From Chthonomonadales bacterium (lineage in GTDB: Bacteria > Armatimonadota > Chthonomonadetes > Chthonomonadales > Chthonomonadaceae), in NCBI GenBank assembly GCA_038217285.1, contig JBBQPO010000016.1, positions 1-43,043 of the forward strand: 43,043 nt of DNA, in the 5' to 3' direction. Below, one piece after another: positions 8,554 to 18,741 of the stretch. The notes below the pieces were generated by a model that saw nothing but the letters and a program-made list of their open reading frames with translations, searched no databases and was not told where the DNA came from. The translations under genes and the position numbers were made by a program. How positions within the stretch are numbered: the stretch's first letter is position 1; every line of letters begins with the position of its first letter.

Positions 8554-10880
8554 CTAAAAAACTCCTCGTCATCCGGATCCAGCCCACCCGTGCCGAAGAC
8601 GGAGGCCAGCATCCCGAACATGGGGGATCCGATTTTCTGCCGCATTTCGGCGATGGAGTTGAGCAAGTCTTTCCGACCCTGCTTGCGGGCGAGCCGCTCG
8701 GCCTGCGCGAGTGTGGTCTTGCCACCGGCCACATCCCTGGCAATTCCCTGGTAGAATGCCAGGTCGAGGAGGCATTCCGGATCCTCCGGTCTCAGTGCGA
8801 CGAGTTGACGCGCATAATCGACAGCGATCACGGCGTATCCCGGTCCGAGAGCAGAAAGGAGGCTTTCCAGGGCGTCGGCGCGGTCTGTTGCGAGTTCAAG
8901 CCCCTTCTCGATCAGTTCCCGGCCCCACTTTTCCCATACAGGCGAGACGTCTGTTCTGTACGGCTTCACCGCAGGACCGGATGGCGCTCTGCGGGTAAGA
9001 CAGACGACGCCGGCGCTCATATAAAGGTCGAACGTCGCCAATCCGGCCTCTTCGGCACGACGAAGAATCTTGCGTGCCTCTGCTTCGTCGAAAGATCTGC
9101 CCCTGAAGGAGAACAACTGAATGTAGGCAGCGGGGCTGCCGGTCGCAAGGGCGGCGTCGAAATGCGCCTGTGCATTCTTTTTTCTCCCCAGAACAAGCTC
9201 GGCCTGGCCCAGAAACACCAACAGTTGCGGATCGTCTGGGGCATACGTCAGCGCAGCGGTGTAGATATCCCGGGCCTCATAATACATTCCGGAGTTGAAG
9301 GCATCCATTCCGCGTTCGAGCATCATCTGACGGATCGCTTTCCGCGCCGTGTCATGGTTGGAATCGATCTCCAGAATCCGGCTCAACGCCCGCTCCGCAG
9401 CGTAGTTCTCCGCTCGGGCCTGATGTATTTCGGCGAGCAGGAGCAACGCGTCGATCTGCTTCGGATCCTTGGCGAGAATGCGCTGGACTTCGTTCCGGGC
9501 CGCGATGCTCTGTTCGTTGGCAAGCAACGCCGAAACCATCTCCAGTCGCAGATCCATGTTTTCCGGATCGGCTTTAACCGCCTGCTTGTAGTAGGAGATC
9601 GCTTCGTCGGGAAGTTTGGCGCGTCCGTAGTTGTCGAGGATACGGCGGCGCATCCAAGCGCGCTGTTCCTCCAGAGTAGGCCCCTCGGTCGTGGGTAAAG
9701 GGTTCTTGGGCGTCCGCCCGCTCCGTCTGGGCAGGGTGTTCAACAGCGCCACCCAGGCTTGTGCAGCCGACTCCCACGCTTGGAGCGCCTCGTAGGCGAT
9801 GGCAAGATTATGAAGTATTGGCGGTAGCGGCCCCAGGCCGGGATGCGTCTCCAGGAGACCGCGCATGGTCAGCCAGCGGCCAACCGCAGTGTTCCATTCT
9901 CCCGCCTCCCGTGCCGCCACAGCCAGTCGATTGGCGGCGATCAAGGCTGCCTTCAGCAGCCAGGTGTCGCCGGGTGCGAGAGCAGCGCTGCTCTGCGCCT
10001 GGTCGAGTGCCTCCTCCCATCGCCCTTCCTGCTGGAGCGCCAGGATGCTGTGCGCGGAGATCTGGGAGAGGTAGGCATTCAGGTGGGGAGGGCTCGCCCC
10101 AGCTGCCGGGGAAGAGACACGCAACATCTCCCGCCATACAGACAGGGCGAGCGGCGGCTTCCCGCCCAGAGCCGCCGCTACACCGAAGTAGAACGCACGC
10201 GTCGGTTCTGCGCCTACCGGAAGACGCTGCCCTTTCGGAGGGCTCAGCGCGGCATACGCTCCCAACGCGTCTCCGCGTGCGAGCAGCGTCAGACCCTGCC
10301 AGAGAGAGGTTACCGGGTCGATGGTGCCCGGAGGACTGGAGGCATCGGCGCGGGCCGGGAGCGCCTGCGCAGCAGGCGGCTCCCCTCGAAGCAGACCGGC
10401 GATTGGCGCGAGGGAGGTCCGAGCCTCCGGAGTCAGCCACGGCAGCGTGTCGAGAGAGAGACCGGAATCGACTTCCAGTTCCGCCAGACCTCGCACAAGT
10501 CCGATACCCCGGCGCGCCAAGCCCAGGTCGGCTGCCCGCGCGTACGCCTGTCGGGCCTCCTCCAGGTGGTCGTTCCGATGAAGCATCAGGCCGAGTTGAT
10601 ACCAGTAGCGCGCTTCGTCAGGAAGCAGGTCAACGGCGTGGCGCAGATCGGCCAGCGCCTCGGAGGCCGTCAGACGCGTTGCCAACGCGCGGCGAAAGTG
10701 GGCCTCGGCGACCGCTGCACACACGGCGGGTTCGTCCCCTGCGTCGAGTTCGTTCCAAAACCGGATCGCCTCGCTATAGTTGCCTAGATGAAACGCCTTG
10801 AGACCGAGGCCCCCCGCGCCGGAAGGGCGAGGCGTCGGTTTGGAAGCTTTATGATGGGGCTTTAGATTTCGTCGACTCAT
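8550..10880 (-). CDS. Multi-TPR protein
   Basis: Many TPR-like helical repeats (ARYWYQLGLML, AISYYKQAVKADPEN); first gene of the Hsp70 operon. Confidence 0.85.
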   Translation of the reverse strand: MSRRNLKPHHKASKPTPRPSGAGGLGLKAFHLGNYSEAIRFWNELDAGDEPAVCAAVAEAHFRRALATRLTASEALADLRHAVDLLPDEARYWYQLGLMLHRNDHLEEARQAYARAADLGLARRGIGLVRGLAELEVDSGLSLDTLPWLTPEARTSLAPIAGLLRGEPPAAQALPARADASSPPGTIDPVTSLWQGLTLLARGDALGAYAALSPPKGQRLPVGAEPTRAFYFGVAAALGGKPPLALSVWREMLRVSSPAAGASPPHLNAYLSQISAHSILALQQEGRWEEALDQAQSSAALAPGDTWLLKAALIAANRLAVAAREAGEWNTAVGRWLTMRGLLETHPGLGPLPPILHNLAIAYEALQAWESAAQAWVALLNTLPRRSGRTPKNPLPTTEGPTLEEQRAWMRRRILDNYGRAKLPDEAISYYKQAVKADPENMDLRLEMVSALLANEQSIAARNEVQRILAKDPKQIDALLLLAEIHQARAENYAAERALSRILEIDSNHDTARKAIRQMMLERGMDAFNSGMYYEARDIYTAALTYAPDDPQLLVFLGQAELVLGRKKNAQAHFDAALATGSPAAYIQLFSFRGRSFDEAEARKILRRAEEAGLATFDLYMSAGVVCLTRRAPSGPAVKPYRTDVSPVWEKWGRELIEKGLELATDRADALESLLSALGPGYAVIAVDYARQLVALRPEDPECLLDLAFYQGIARDVAGGKTTLAQAERLARKQGRKDLLNSIAEMRQKIGSPMFGMLASVFGTGGLDPDDEEFFR

Positions 10881-10943
10881 CGTAGAAGTGATTTTACCCT
10901 ACTCCACATCGTTTTGAAACAGTCTGGTGGGGAAAATTAAGGA

Positions 10944-12554
10944 CTATTTCGGGAGAGGTTCGCCCGTCGTCGGATCCTCTTTAGGTTGGGGTTGGGTCTT
11001 CTTCCAGGCGAGGTAAGACGTCCAGACGTCCATGCGGATCCATATCTCGAAGAACGTACCCGGACGAAGGCCGTAGATGTGGTTCATCAAATGGGTTTCA
11101 CCGAGTTTCTTCGTGAGGATCTCGTCGAAATCAGGATCGGCGAGGACGATGGGAGCCTGGACGTCGTCGGGGATGCCTTGCCAATACCCGACGTTCGGGA
11201 ACTGACGAATATACCAGGGGAGTGGCCAGTAGTACTGGTCTTTCGAGAAAACCTTAACCACCATGCTGTTATGTTCGTGGTAGGCCAGAGAGAGTTTCTG
11301 CATCTGCTGTGCCAACGCGACCACATCTCCCACCGGTTGGGCATAGACATAGGGGTTCGCCTCGTCCATGTAGGCGACATAACTGGTGCGATACGACTGC
11401 CAGCCAAGTTGACCGCAGGCCACCAGAAGCCCTATCATAGCTGTTGCCTTCAGCAAGCGACCGGGCAGCCACCGTACCACCGCGACCGCCCCAAACCCTG
11501 CCATTAGAATCATGCCGAGTAGAAAACTGAGCACGCACCACGGCGTCTTGTAGGGAATGGCGCTGTACGCCGCCGTCAACACCAGCGTCGTGAAGGTGAT
11601 GAATCGGGCGAAGAGCACGCTGCCCTCCAGGCGTCCGTGCTCTTTAGGCAGCAGCGCCACGACCGCCCCGACGACCGCAAGCCCGACAATAAGCCCTTCA
11701 CTCCAGACCGGCCCTCTGGCGCTCTTGGACCAGAGCAAGATACGGAGGTAGTAGTTCCAGGGATGGCGGTGCAGATTGGTGCCGTGGGCGCGACCGAGCC
11801 ACGGTGCATAGGAATGCAGATAGTCGAGGGGAGCGGCAGGATTCCGGAACCCGTTGGTGAGGACAAGGCAGGCCGTGAACAGGGCGATCCCGACCGCCAG
11901 TGCGGCCAGACGGCTGTTCCAGAGGCGACGCCAGTCCGGCGCTGCGCCGTCCACCCGTCGCGTCCAGAGAACGGTTAGCCCCATTGCCGCAGCGCAAGCG
12001 ACGAAGGTTAGAACGGCGGTTTCCTTGGTCGCGATCATCAGTCCGGCAGAGACGCCTGCCCCAATCAGCCAGCCTGGCCGCAGGCTGCGCACATAACGCC
12101 ACCCGCAGGCCAACATTCCAAGCGTGAAAAAAACGAGCAGGATCTCCTGGATATAGTCGCGGCTGTAGAAGACGAACGCGGGCGAGATCGCCAGCAGCAG
12201 AGCGGATACGAGGGTTCCACGCTTGCCGAGCGCATCGTGGAGAGGGAGCAGAAGAAGAAGGATCGCCGCACCAAATACGACGGTCGGCAGTCGGTAGTCC
12301 GATTCACGAACGTCGTCGAAGCTTTTTCTGCCGGTCAGCCAGACCACCGGCAGTTCGGCATAGTATATCGTCGGGCCGTGATACTCGTTCCGGTCGTAAC
12401 GGTACACGCCTTTTTCCCACAGTTCGCGGAATTTGAAGGCGTGTACCGCCTCGTCACCATGCATCGGTCGGTTGTCGAGCGCCGGAAGTCGAAACAGCAG
12501 CGCACCGGCAGCGAGCAGACTCAGGAGAGCGACGAATACAACCGGTTTCCTCAT
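10944..12554 (-). CDS. TIGR03663/Agl23-like polytopic membrane glycosyltransferase (GT-C/PMT-like)
   Basis: RPMHGDEAVH, YHGP, ISPAFVFYSR, ATKET, YKTPW and YWPLPWY motifs; about 10-12 hydrophobic segments. Confidence 0.8.
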   Translation of the reverse strand: MRKPVVFVALLSLLAAGALLFRLPALDNRPMHGDEAVHAFKFRELWEKGVYRYDRNEYHGPTIYYAELPVVWLTGRKSFDDVRESDYRLPTVVFGAAILLLLLPLHDALGKRGTLVSALLLAISPAFVFYSRDYIQEILLVFFTLGMLACGWRYVRSLRPGWLIGAGVSAGLMIATKETAVLTFVACAAAMGLTVLWTRRVDGAAPDWRRLWNSRLAALAVGIALFTACLVLTNGFRNPAAPLDYLHSYAPWLGRAHGTNLHRHPWNYYLRILLWSKSARGPVWSEGLIVGLAVVGAVVALLPKEHGRLEGSVLFARFITFTTLVLTAAYSAIPYKTPWCVLSFLLGMILMAGFGAVAVVRWLPGRLLKATAMIGLLVACGQLGWQSYRTSYVAYMDEANPYVYAQPVGDVVALAQQMQKLSLAYHEHNSMVVKVFSKDQYYWPLPWYIRQFPNVGYWQGIPDDVQAPIVLADPDFDEILTKKLGETHLMNHIYGLRPGTFFEIWIRMDVWTSYLAWKKTQPQPKEDPTTGEPLPK

Positions 12555-13282
12555 TTAGCCGGCTGGCCGTAGACTTCCACTTCCGTATAGCGGTTCAGCG
12601 GGTCATGGAACGTGCTGCCCTTGCTATACAGACGCACATAGCGCGCCTTCGTCCCCTTGGCATCGACCTGTCTGCCTTCGGAGGTTTCGAAGTACTCTCG
12701 GTCCTTACCGATACCGAGCATCGAGACGTTCTCCTGGTCGTTGTTGTACACGGTCGTCACACCATCGATGAATTTCGGATCGTTGGACACCTGGACGACA
12801 ACCGCATGATAGACGACCGGCTCCAGGTGGGCATGCCACACCACGATGTACGACAGCGGCGAGGTCGCGCCGAGATCGATCTGAATCCACTGAAGACGGG
12901 GCTTGAGTTCGACCGAGGAGTCGTCCCGGGCCTCTTTATCGCCATCCGTCACCAGATCGAGCGAGCCACCGAACGGCGCGGCGCTGCTCGTGACCTTCTT
13001 GTGCAGGGCCAGGTTGATCGTACCTTTCGGCACCATCGGAATCGGTCGGGGCTTGCCCGTCGGCTTCTCGACATTGGGGTTGGTCGGAGCGCTACTGGGC
13101 GTTCCTGCGAATGCGGCCTTCGGCAATTTGATCGGCAGCGGAATCAGGTCGGCTGTCTTCGTATCCTGGGCAAGGCCGGAAATTGCGCCGAAGCCCATCA
13201 TTCCCACGACGGCGAACGCGCACACCGCCGCCCCTACCGCGGTCCGCAAGGCGCGGCTCGTGCCGTGCTGAATCTGTTTCAT
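12551..13282 (-). CDS. Secreted discoidin (F5/8 type C, galactose-binding-like) domain protein
   Basis: Signal peptide, Pro-rich linker, NLALHKKVTSS...VTDGD...WIQIDLG...ARYVRLY...EVEVYG; AAGGAG RBS; 4-nt overlap with the downstream gene. Confidence 0.82.
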   Translation of the reverse strand: MKQIQHGTSRALRTAVGAAVCAFAVVGMMGFGAISGLAQDTKTADLIPLPIKLPKAAFAGTPSSAPTNPNVEKPTGKPRPIPMVPKGTINLALHKKVTSSAAPFGGSLDLVTDGDKEARDDSSVELKPRLQWIQIDLGATSPLSYIVVWHAHLEPVVYHAVVVQVSNDPKFIDGVTTVYNNDQENVSMLGIGKDREYFETSEGRQVDAKGTKARYVRLYSKGSTFHDPLNRYTEVEVYGQPAK

Positions 13283-13497
13283 CCCTATCTCCTTCGTTCC
13301 TTTATGGATAACCGGAAGCGCCTGCCGAATTCGCAGACCGTCCCGTAACAGGCAAGTCTCTTAAAAAGTCATCTCAGAGAAACGGCCTCGTCTCCTTGCC
13401 CTTCCACACGCCAGTATAGCCGTTTCCATACCATTAGACGCAAACCGGCGTCAAGAGTGACATCCGGTTCACGGCCAACAACCCACGGAATCGCAGA

Positions 13498-14595
13498 TCA
13501 CGGATGTAGTTTGGGCAGCGGTTTCGCGATCCCACCCATATCCCCGAAGGTCTTGGCGATATAGTCGGCGTACCATTTCGTTTCCGCCTTGGGGTCTTTC
13601 TCACGGGGAGCGATCACATCGACGTTGTCCTTTGTCACGATCTCCGTGGTGACATCGACCCAGCCTTTGGGCAGCGGTTTCTTGTCGCGCAGATGCTGCA
13701 CCATTGCCAGGACCGGAAGATAACCCTGCAGGTAAGGATGCTGGCCCAGCGAAATCTGGGTGTTGCCGGCCTTAATCGCTTCCAGTGTCTCCAGGTTGAG
13801 ATCGTAGCCGCCGATCAGCCACTTCGAACGCGCTCGCGACTTCACTTTGGCGAGGTTGGGTATGTCCATGGAGCAGAGCCCGACCGCCGCAACGATGTCC
13901 GGATTGGCCGTCGCCTGGTTTTCCCACGCCGCGTAGTTTGCAGTGTTCTCCACACCGACGTCTTTCGGATCGGTCACCGTGAAGCCGCTGCCCTCCAGCC
14001 CCTTCTTGAAGCCCTTATAGCGCTCTTCCAGCACGGCGACACCCGGTTTGCAGATCCCTGCCAGAATGATCCCCTTCTTCTTGCCGCTCACTTCGAGCAT
14101 CTGGCGCATCTCCGTCGCGAGAATAACGCCGCTCGCGTACTCGTTCTGTCCAAACCAGGACTCCGCCGACGAGCCATCGCTGGTGATGTTCGCGGTGACG
14201 ACCGGAATGCCTGCATCCGTCGCCTCTTTGATCGGCTTGACCCAGACATCCCCCGGCATCGGAACGACGACAAGCCCATCCTTCTTCTTTTGAACCATCG
14301 TCTCGAACATGCCGATCGCGTCGTTGGCATTGGCCGTCGCCGGCCCGACGACTTCGACATCGACGTCAAGGGCTTTGCCGGCATCTTCCGCGCCGCGCTG
14401 GATCACCGCCGAAAAGTCGTTGAGCACGTGCAGTACGTAACCGATTTTGATGCGCGGTTTGCCGCCCGTGGGTGCGCCGGGAGGAGGCGCGGAAGAGACC
14501 GTTGACGGCGGAGGCGAGGTACTCGGTGAGTTGTTGCACGAAACGACCAGCAAAAGAGGCAGTGCTAACAGAATAGATGGAAAGATACGCTTCAT
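13498..14595 (-). CDS. Sugar ABC transporter substrate-binding lipoprotein (RbsB-like)
   Basis: Lipobox LVVSC, Pro/Ser linker, and Peripla_BP-type motifs (AGIPVVT, GYDL, QHPYLQGY). Confidence 0.9.
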   Translation of the reverse strand: MKRIFPSILLALPLLLVVSCNNSPSTSPPPSTVSSAPPPGAPTGGKPRIKIGYVLHVLNDFSAVIQRGAEDAGKALDVDVEVVGPATANANDAIGMFETMVQKKKDGLVVVPMPGDVWVKPIKEATDAGIPVVTANITSDGSSAESWFGQNEYASGVILATEMRQMLEVSGKKKGIILAGICKPGVAVLEERYKGFKKGLEGSGFTVTDPKDVGVENTANYAAWENQATANPDIVAAVGLCSMDIPNLAKVKSRARSKWLIGGYDLNLETLEAIKAGNTQISLGQHPYLQGYLPVLAMVQHLRDKKPLPKGWVDVTTEIVTKDNVDVIAPREKDPKAETKWYADYIAKTFGDMGGIAKPLPKLHP

Positions 14596-14626
14596 CGGGA
14601 ATCCCTTCTTGAGAGGAGACGGTTCA

Positions 14627-15640
14627 TTAGAGTTGTGGTTGTGTGCGCCGTTTCACAAAGGCGTCGATGGCGACGGCAAGAATGATCACGACGCCTGTTA
14701 TTGCGGTCGCCGCGTAACTCGGAGCGTTCAAGAGAACCAGACCATTGCCGATCACGGCGATGATCAGCGCGCCGAGAATAGCGCCCGGCACCGAGCCGCG
14801 ACCGCCGCTCAGGGCCGTTCCGCCGATGATGACGGAGGCGATCACCCAGAGTTCGAACCCGATCCCCGAACTGGGATCGGCCGACTGCAAGAACGCCAAC
14901 GCGATGATTCCGGCCAGCGCGGCAATGGTCCCGTTCAGCGTCATGACAACGACGCGATACCGATCCAGAGGAATACCCGACAGTCGTGCGGTGACGGGAC
15001 TGCTGCCCATCGCCATCAGTCGGCGTCCGGCGACCGAACGGGTGAGTCCGATCCAGCCCAACACGCCGATCACTACCATGATAATCACGCTGGTGGGGAT
15101 TCGGCCAATATCTCCCCCACCAACCGTAAAAAACAGGCCGTCTTTAGGGAACTGACTGATCGGCGAAGCTTTGCACAGCACCAGGGCGACGCCCCGAAAG
15201 ATACTGAGGGTGCCGAGCGTCACGATGATCATCGGGATGCGGAGCCAGATCGCGATGAGGCCGTTGCATGCACCGCAGAGCGCCCCGACTCCGAGTCCCA
15301 GCAGAACCGCGACCGGAACGGGCAGGCTCGCGCGGAGCGCCATCCCCGCAACAATATTGGTGAGCGTGAAGATCGATCCTACGGAAAGATCGATATCGCC
15401 CATGCAGATCACGAACACCATTCCGACCGCCATGATGCCGTAGTACGACGCCTGTCGCGCCACCTGGAGGAGATTGCTCGAATTCTTGAACACAGGCGCG
15501 GCGAAGGTCAGTCCCACGCACAACAGCAGCAACGCGATCAGCACGCCGATCTCCTGCATTGCCTGCAGATTCCGGTAGGCGCGTTTCATTCCGCCCGACA
15601 GAGTCTCATCCTGGGGTGCGCTCAAAGGGCCCGGTCCCAT
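14627..15640 (-). CDS. Sugar ABC transporter permease (RbsC-like)
   Basis: GDIDLSVGS, IIVTLGTLSIFRG and IASVIIGGTALSGGRGS motifs; hydrophobic. Confidence 0.93.
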   Translation of the reverse strand: MGPGPLSAPQDETLSGGMKRAYRNLQAMQEIGVLIALLLLCVGLTFAAPVFKNSSNLLQVARQASYYGIMAVGMVFVICMGDIDLSVGSIFTLTNIVAGMALRASLPVPVAVLLGLGVGALCGACNGLIAIWLRIPMIIVTLGTLSIFRGVALVLCKASPISQFPKDGLFFTVGGGDIGRIPTSVIIMVVIGVLGWIGLTRSVAGRRLMAMGSSPVTARLSGIPLDRYRVVVMTLNGTIAALAGIIALAFLQSADPSSGIGFELWVIASVIIGGTALSGGRGSVPGAILGALIIAVIGNGLVLLNAPSYAATAITGVVIILAVAIDAFVKRRTQPQL

Positions 15641-15673
15641 CGTCTCAGGCTTTGCCCGCTCTCGCGTTCGGCT

Positions 15674-16591
15674 CTACTCATCGAGGACATGGGCCACCGT
15701 GACGAGTTGCGACATCTTGTGATCGGCGAAGGTCCAGAGAACCTTCTTTTTACGCGTGATTTCGAAGGCATGGGCGCCCTGGCCCTCTTTACCACGCAGG
15801 AAGTTGCCGACGACCAGATTACCGTTCTTCAAGATCTGAATACCGCAGATCCAGTTGAGGCCAAGTTCGGGCGCATCTTTCGTGCCGAACTCCCAGACGA
15901 TCATCCCCTCTTTCGTCACCTCGATGATTCGGGCTGCTGCGCCCTCTCCTCCGCCGATAAGGGTGTTGCCGTTCTTCAGGCGAATGGCCTCGAACACGTT
16001 GGTCATGTTGGGGTACTCCCAGACGACCTTGCCGTTCGGATCGACCTCCCGTACCGTCGCATCCCCCTCATGGCAGGAGAGGATATTGCCGTTCGAAAGC
16101 TTGTGGACGCTGCGCAGTTGGCGATGCGCCCCTTTCTCAAAGGTGGTCAGCGGCGTGACGTGGACCACTTCGCCTTTGCGGTTCACCTCGACAGCCTGGC
16201 AAGGCCCCTGCTCACCGACGAGGATGTTGCCGTTCGACAGGCGGCTGAATCCGAGCACCTGTTCGCACTTCGCGTTGTACATCCAGACGATGTTGTGCTG
16301 CCGATCAACCTCCTGGACCCCGGTGGGCGATCCTCCATAGGCGTAGACGACATTGCCGTTCTTCAGTTCCTGAAACATGACTGCCAGGCCCGGCATCGGG
16401 TGCTCCCAAAGGATCTTCCCTTCGGCGGAAAGCTCGACGAGGCGGTTGCCCGGCGAGTACTGCATGAACATGAAGTGGTGCCGTTTGAGGGCAGGCCCCT
16501 CCGAAGTCTGTGCCTCCGCCAGAGAACAGGCGCAAAACAGTGCGAGAACAGAAAGAAGCAGTCGGGAACAAGGTCGCATACAGGTCTCCAT
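15674..16591 (-). CDS. Secreted PQQ-like beta-propeller repeat protein
   Basis: Signal peptide and repeated L-x-NGN-x-L...EV-D-x-x-G-K-V-V-W-E blades. Confidence 0.8.
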   Translation of the reverse strand: METCMRPCSRLLLSVLALFCACSLAEAQTSEGPALKRHHFMFMQYSPGNRLVELSAEGKILWEHPMPGLAVMFQELKNGNVVYAYGGSPTGVQEVDRQHNIVWMYNAKCEQVLGFSRLSNGNILVGEQGPCQAVEVNRKGEVVHVTPLTTFEKGAHRQLRSVHKLSNGNILSCHEGDATVREVDPNGKVVWEYPNMTNVFEAIRLKNGNTLIGGGEGAAARIIEVTKEGMIVWEFGTKDAPELGLNWICGIQILKNGNLVVGNFLRGKEGQGAHAFEITRKKKVLWTFADHKMSQLVTVAHVLDE

Positions 16592-16746
16592 TGTCTGTTG
16601 ACGGTGAGGAACAAAATCATGCGCACGTGAAATTCGGGATCACAGGACGTTATGTCTCCACGGTTCGCCGCAGCAAAGCCAAAATCCTTCCGAGGAAGCG
16701 CTGAGGCGCACCCCAAATCCGCCTATCCTACGGCGGATTCCCTGAT

Positions 16747-18741
16747 CTATTTATGCACGGCTAGTTGAATAGCAGGAGCGAGCGTATTGGAGTTGTCGAG
16801 ATGTCCGATTAGGATGACGTTGGCAATGTCCGGCGCGGCATCGGGCGCGGCGGTCAGCGTGATTTTGCCGTCGGTCTGCCCGGCAGGAATAGTCGCTGCA
16901 GTCGCTGTAACCTTCGCGGGCAGCCCGCGCAGCTCCAGCTTGATCTCATTTTTGGCGTTCGGCTGCCGATCCACATGAACTGGAATATCGAGACTATTGC
17001 CCGGAATCAAAGTCAGGAAAGCGGGCGTCATCCCAAAATTGAAGGTATCAGTTCGGTCGGTGATGCCAAGCAGCAACAGATCCCAGAGATGATGCGGGCG
17101 GGTGTAAGAGAACTCAACGGCCAGCCCCAGATCGATCGAACGATGCTCGTATTTTTCCCATGCAGGGGCCGCATGTAAGGTAGAATGGCCGCCGATAGTG
17201 GCGACACCGACGATCTGTACGCCAGACGCCGCAATCACCGCCCCAGGCGCGGCCGTCAGGGTGACCTCAAGCGTCGTCTTGCCCACCCCGATCGTTCCGC
17301 CCCGCGCCGTCACGCCCTCCGGCAGACCTTCTATCTTTACCGCGACCGCGTCCTGAAAGCCGCCGGATCGTTCCATCGTGATGGGCAGCGACACGGTACC
17401 GCCGACCGGCACCGTCAGTCGATCCGCAGTGATAGAAATCCGGAAATCCGGCTGCACTCGCGAGGCTTTCAGGCGGTAGTAGCAGTCAGGCCCCGTGATC
17501 TCCTCCACGTTGCTGACTTCGACGGTGTATTCCCCTTCGTTCGGAGCCGTAAATACCAGGCGGGCCTCTTTGCCGAGTTCGGGAGCATCGTCGTTGGCAG
17601 CGATCTCTTTGCCAACGGTATTCAGAATCCGTATCTGCCCGTCGATCCGGGAGCCGATGCGCCGCCCCAGCAGATCGAACAGGTACGCGGACTGCGCTGC
17701 GGCGTGAAATGTAAACCGACGGTGCGGCGCTTGGCCAAATACTCCATCGACCGCAGCCGGAAGCGCCGGTAACGGCTGCGGTAATGCACTCTGTCCGACA
17801 TCGGTCACCGCCTCGTTCTCGACGATCAGTGGCACGACTATCGGGTTCGCGCCATCCGCCTTCACTTCCGCCCAAAACATACCGGGAGCGGCATCGGCCG
17901 GGATCGAAACGAGGGCCTGCTTCGTGGTCAAATTGGTGCCGTCCAGTGCGAGCAGTACCTGATGACCGGGAGGCGCTCCGCGCGGAGTGTATCCTGCCAG
18001 AAAGGCCATACGACCGACCCGGAGACGGTACGTATAGTTAGGTCCGCCATTGTACTCCGAATCCCGCACGGTCAGGAAATAGCGCCCGGCCTTCGCGAAG
18101 CGATAGACAAAGCGCGGGTCGGTCTCCCACATCGACTGCACCAGTTTCAGGCTCACTCCCGCCTCATCGCGCAGTTCCATCACGGGGTCGAAACGGGAAC
18201 GAATGCGGTCTGCAAAACAGTCGAAAGCCCAGGTGTCGCCTGCCGAGGCCGTGAGGACGAAGCGATCCCGACCGGCACGAGCGGCGATCCGCCCGTTCAA
18301 CGCCACCGGTTTCGCGCCGTCCAGTGGCAGCGGCGGCAGGCTCTCCGTCATCGGGGTTTCTATCACTTGATTGGGAATCACGTCTACCCAGAACCGGGAT
18401 CCGTTGGAAACCCCTTTGGAGGTCGCCAGACGCAACTCATGCGGTCCCAGCTTCGCGTTCGCCTCGACAGACAGCTCCGCCGTCAACTGACTGCCGTCCG
18501 GCGTCACCTGAACTGACTTCACGGCGACGCCGCCCCCACTCAGATAGAGACGCGCCCCTACCAGGTTCTTCCCGTCAACTCGAAGAGTCGTCGCCTGACC
18601 TCGCGGCCCTCCCGCCGGCAACAGCCCCCCAATCTCCGGAGATTGGGCCATCGCCGAACGTGCAGTCGCGCTGCTCAGCCCGCCTACCAATCCCACTCCA
18701 AACCACAACTGTAAAAGCCTCGTCGATGGCGCGGTCCTCAC
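16747..18741 (-). CDS. Secreted PPC (pre-peptidase C-terminal)/Ig-like domain protein
   Basis: GTG start overlaps the DUF1501 stop. PAGGPRG, GRYFLTVRD...YRLRVG and GKEIAANDD motifs typical of PPC proteins in DUF1501 clusters. Confidence 0.78.
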   Translation of the reverse strand: MRTAPSTRLLQLWFGVGLVGGLSSATARSAMAQSPEIGGLLPAGGPRGQATTLRVDGKNLVGARLYLSGGGVAVKSVQVTPDGSQLTAELSVEANAKLGPHELRLATSKGVSNGSRFWVDVIPNQVIETPMTESLPPLPLDGAKPVALNGRIAARAGRDRFVLTASAGDTWAFDCFADRIRSRFDPVMELRDEAGVSLKLVQSMWETDPRFVYRFAKAGRYFLTVRDSEYNGGPNYTYRLRVGRMAFLAGYTPRGAPPGHQVLLALDGTNLTTKQALVSIPADAAPGMFWAEVKADGANPIVVPLIVENEAVTDVGQSALPQPLPALPAAVDGVFGQAPHRRFTFHAAAQSAYLFDLLGRRIGSRIDGQIRILNTVGKEIAANDDAPELGKEARLVFTAPNEGEYTVEVSNVEEITGPDCYYRLKASRVQPDFRISITADRLTVPVGGTVSLPITMERSGGFQDAVAVKIEGLPEGVTARGGTIGVGKTTLEVTLTAAPGAVIAASGVQIVGVATIGGHSTLHAAPAWEKYEHRSIDLGLAVEFSYTRPHHLWDLLLLGITDRTDTFNFGMTPAFLTLIPGNSLDIPVHVDRQPNAKNEIKLELRGLPAKVTATAATIPAGQTDGKITLTAAPDAAPDIANVILIGHLDNSNTLAPAIQLAVHK

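Noticed and set aside
14447-16630. 727-aa plus-strand ORF and other long antisense ORFs (e.g. 2039-3376, 8481-9698, 20772-22010, 31276-32631, 35606-36982, 40644-42296)
   Set aside because: They are shadow frames opposite well-supported genes in GC-rich DNA, with no recognisable motifs.
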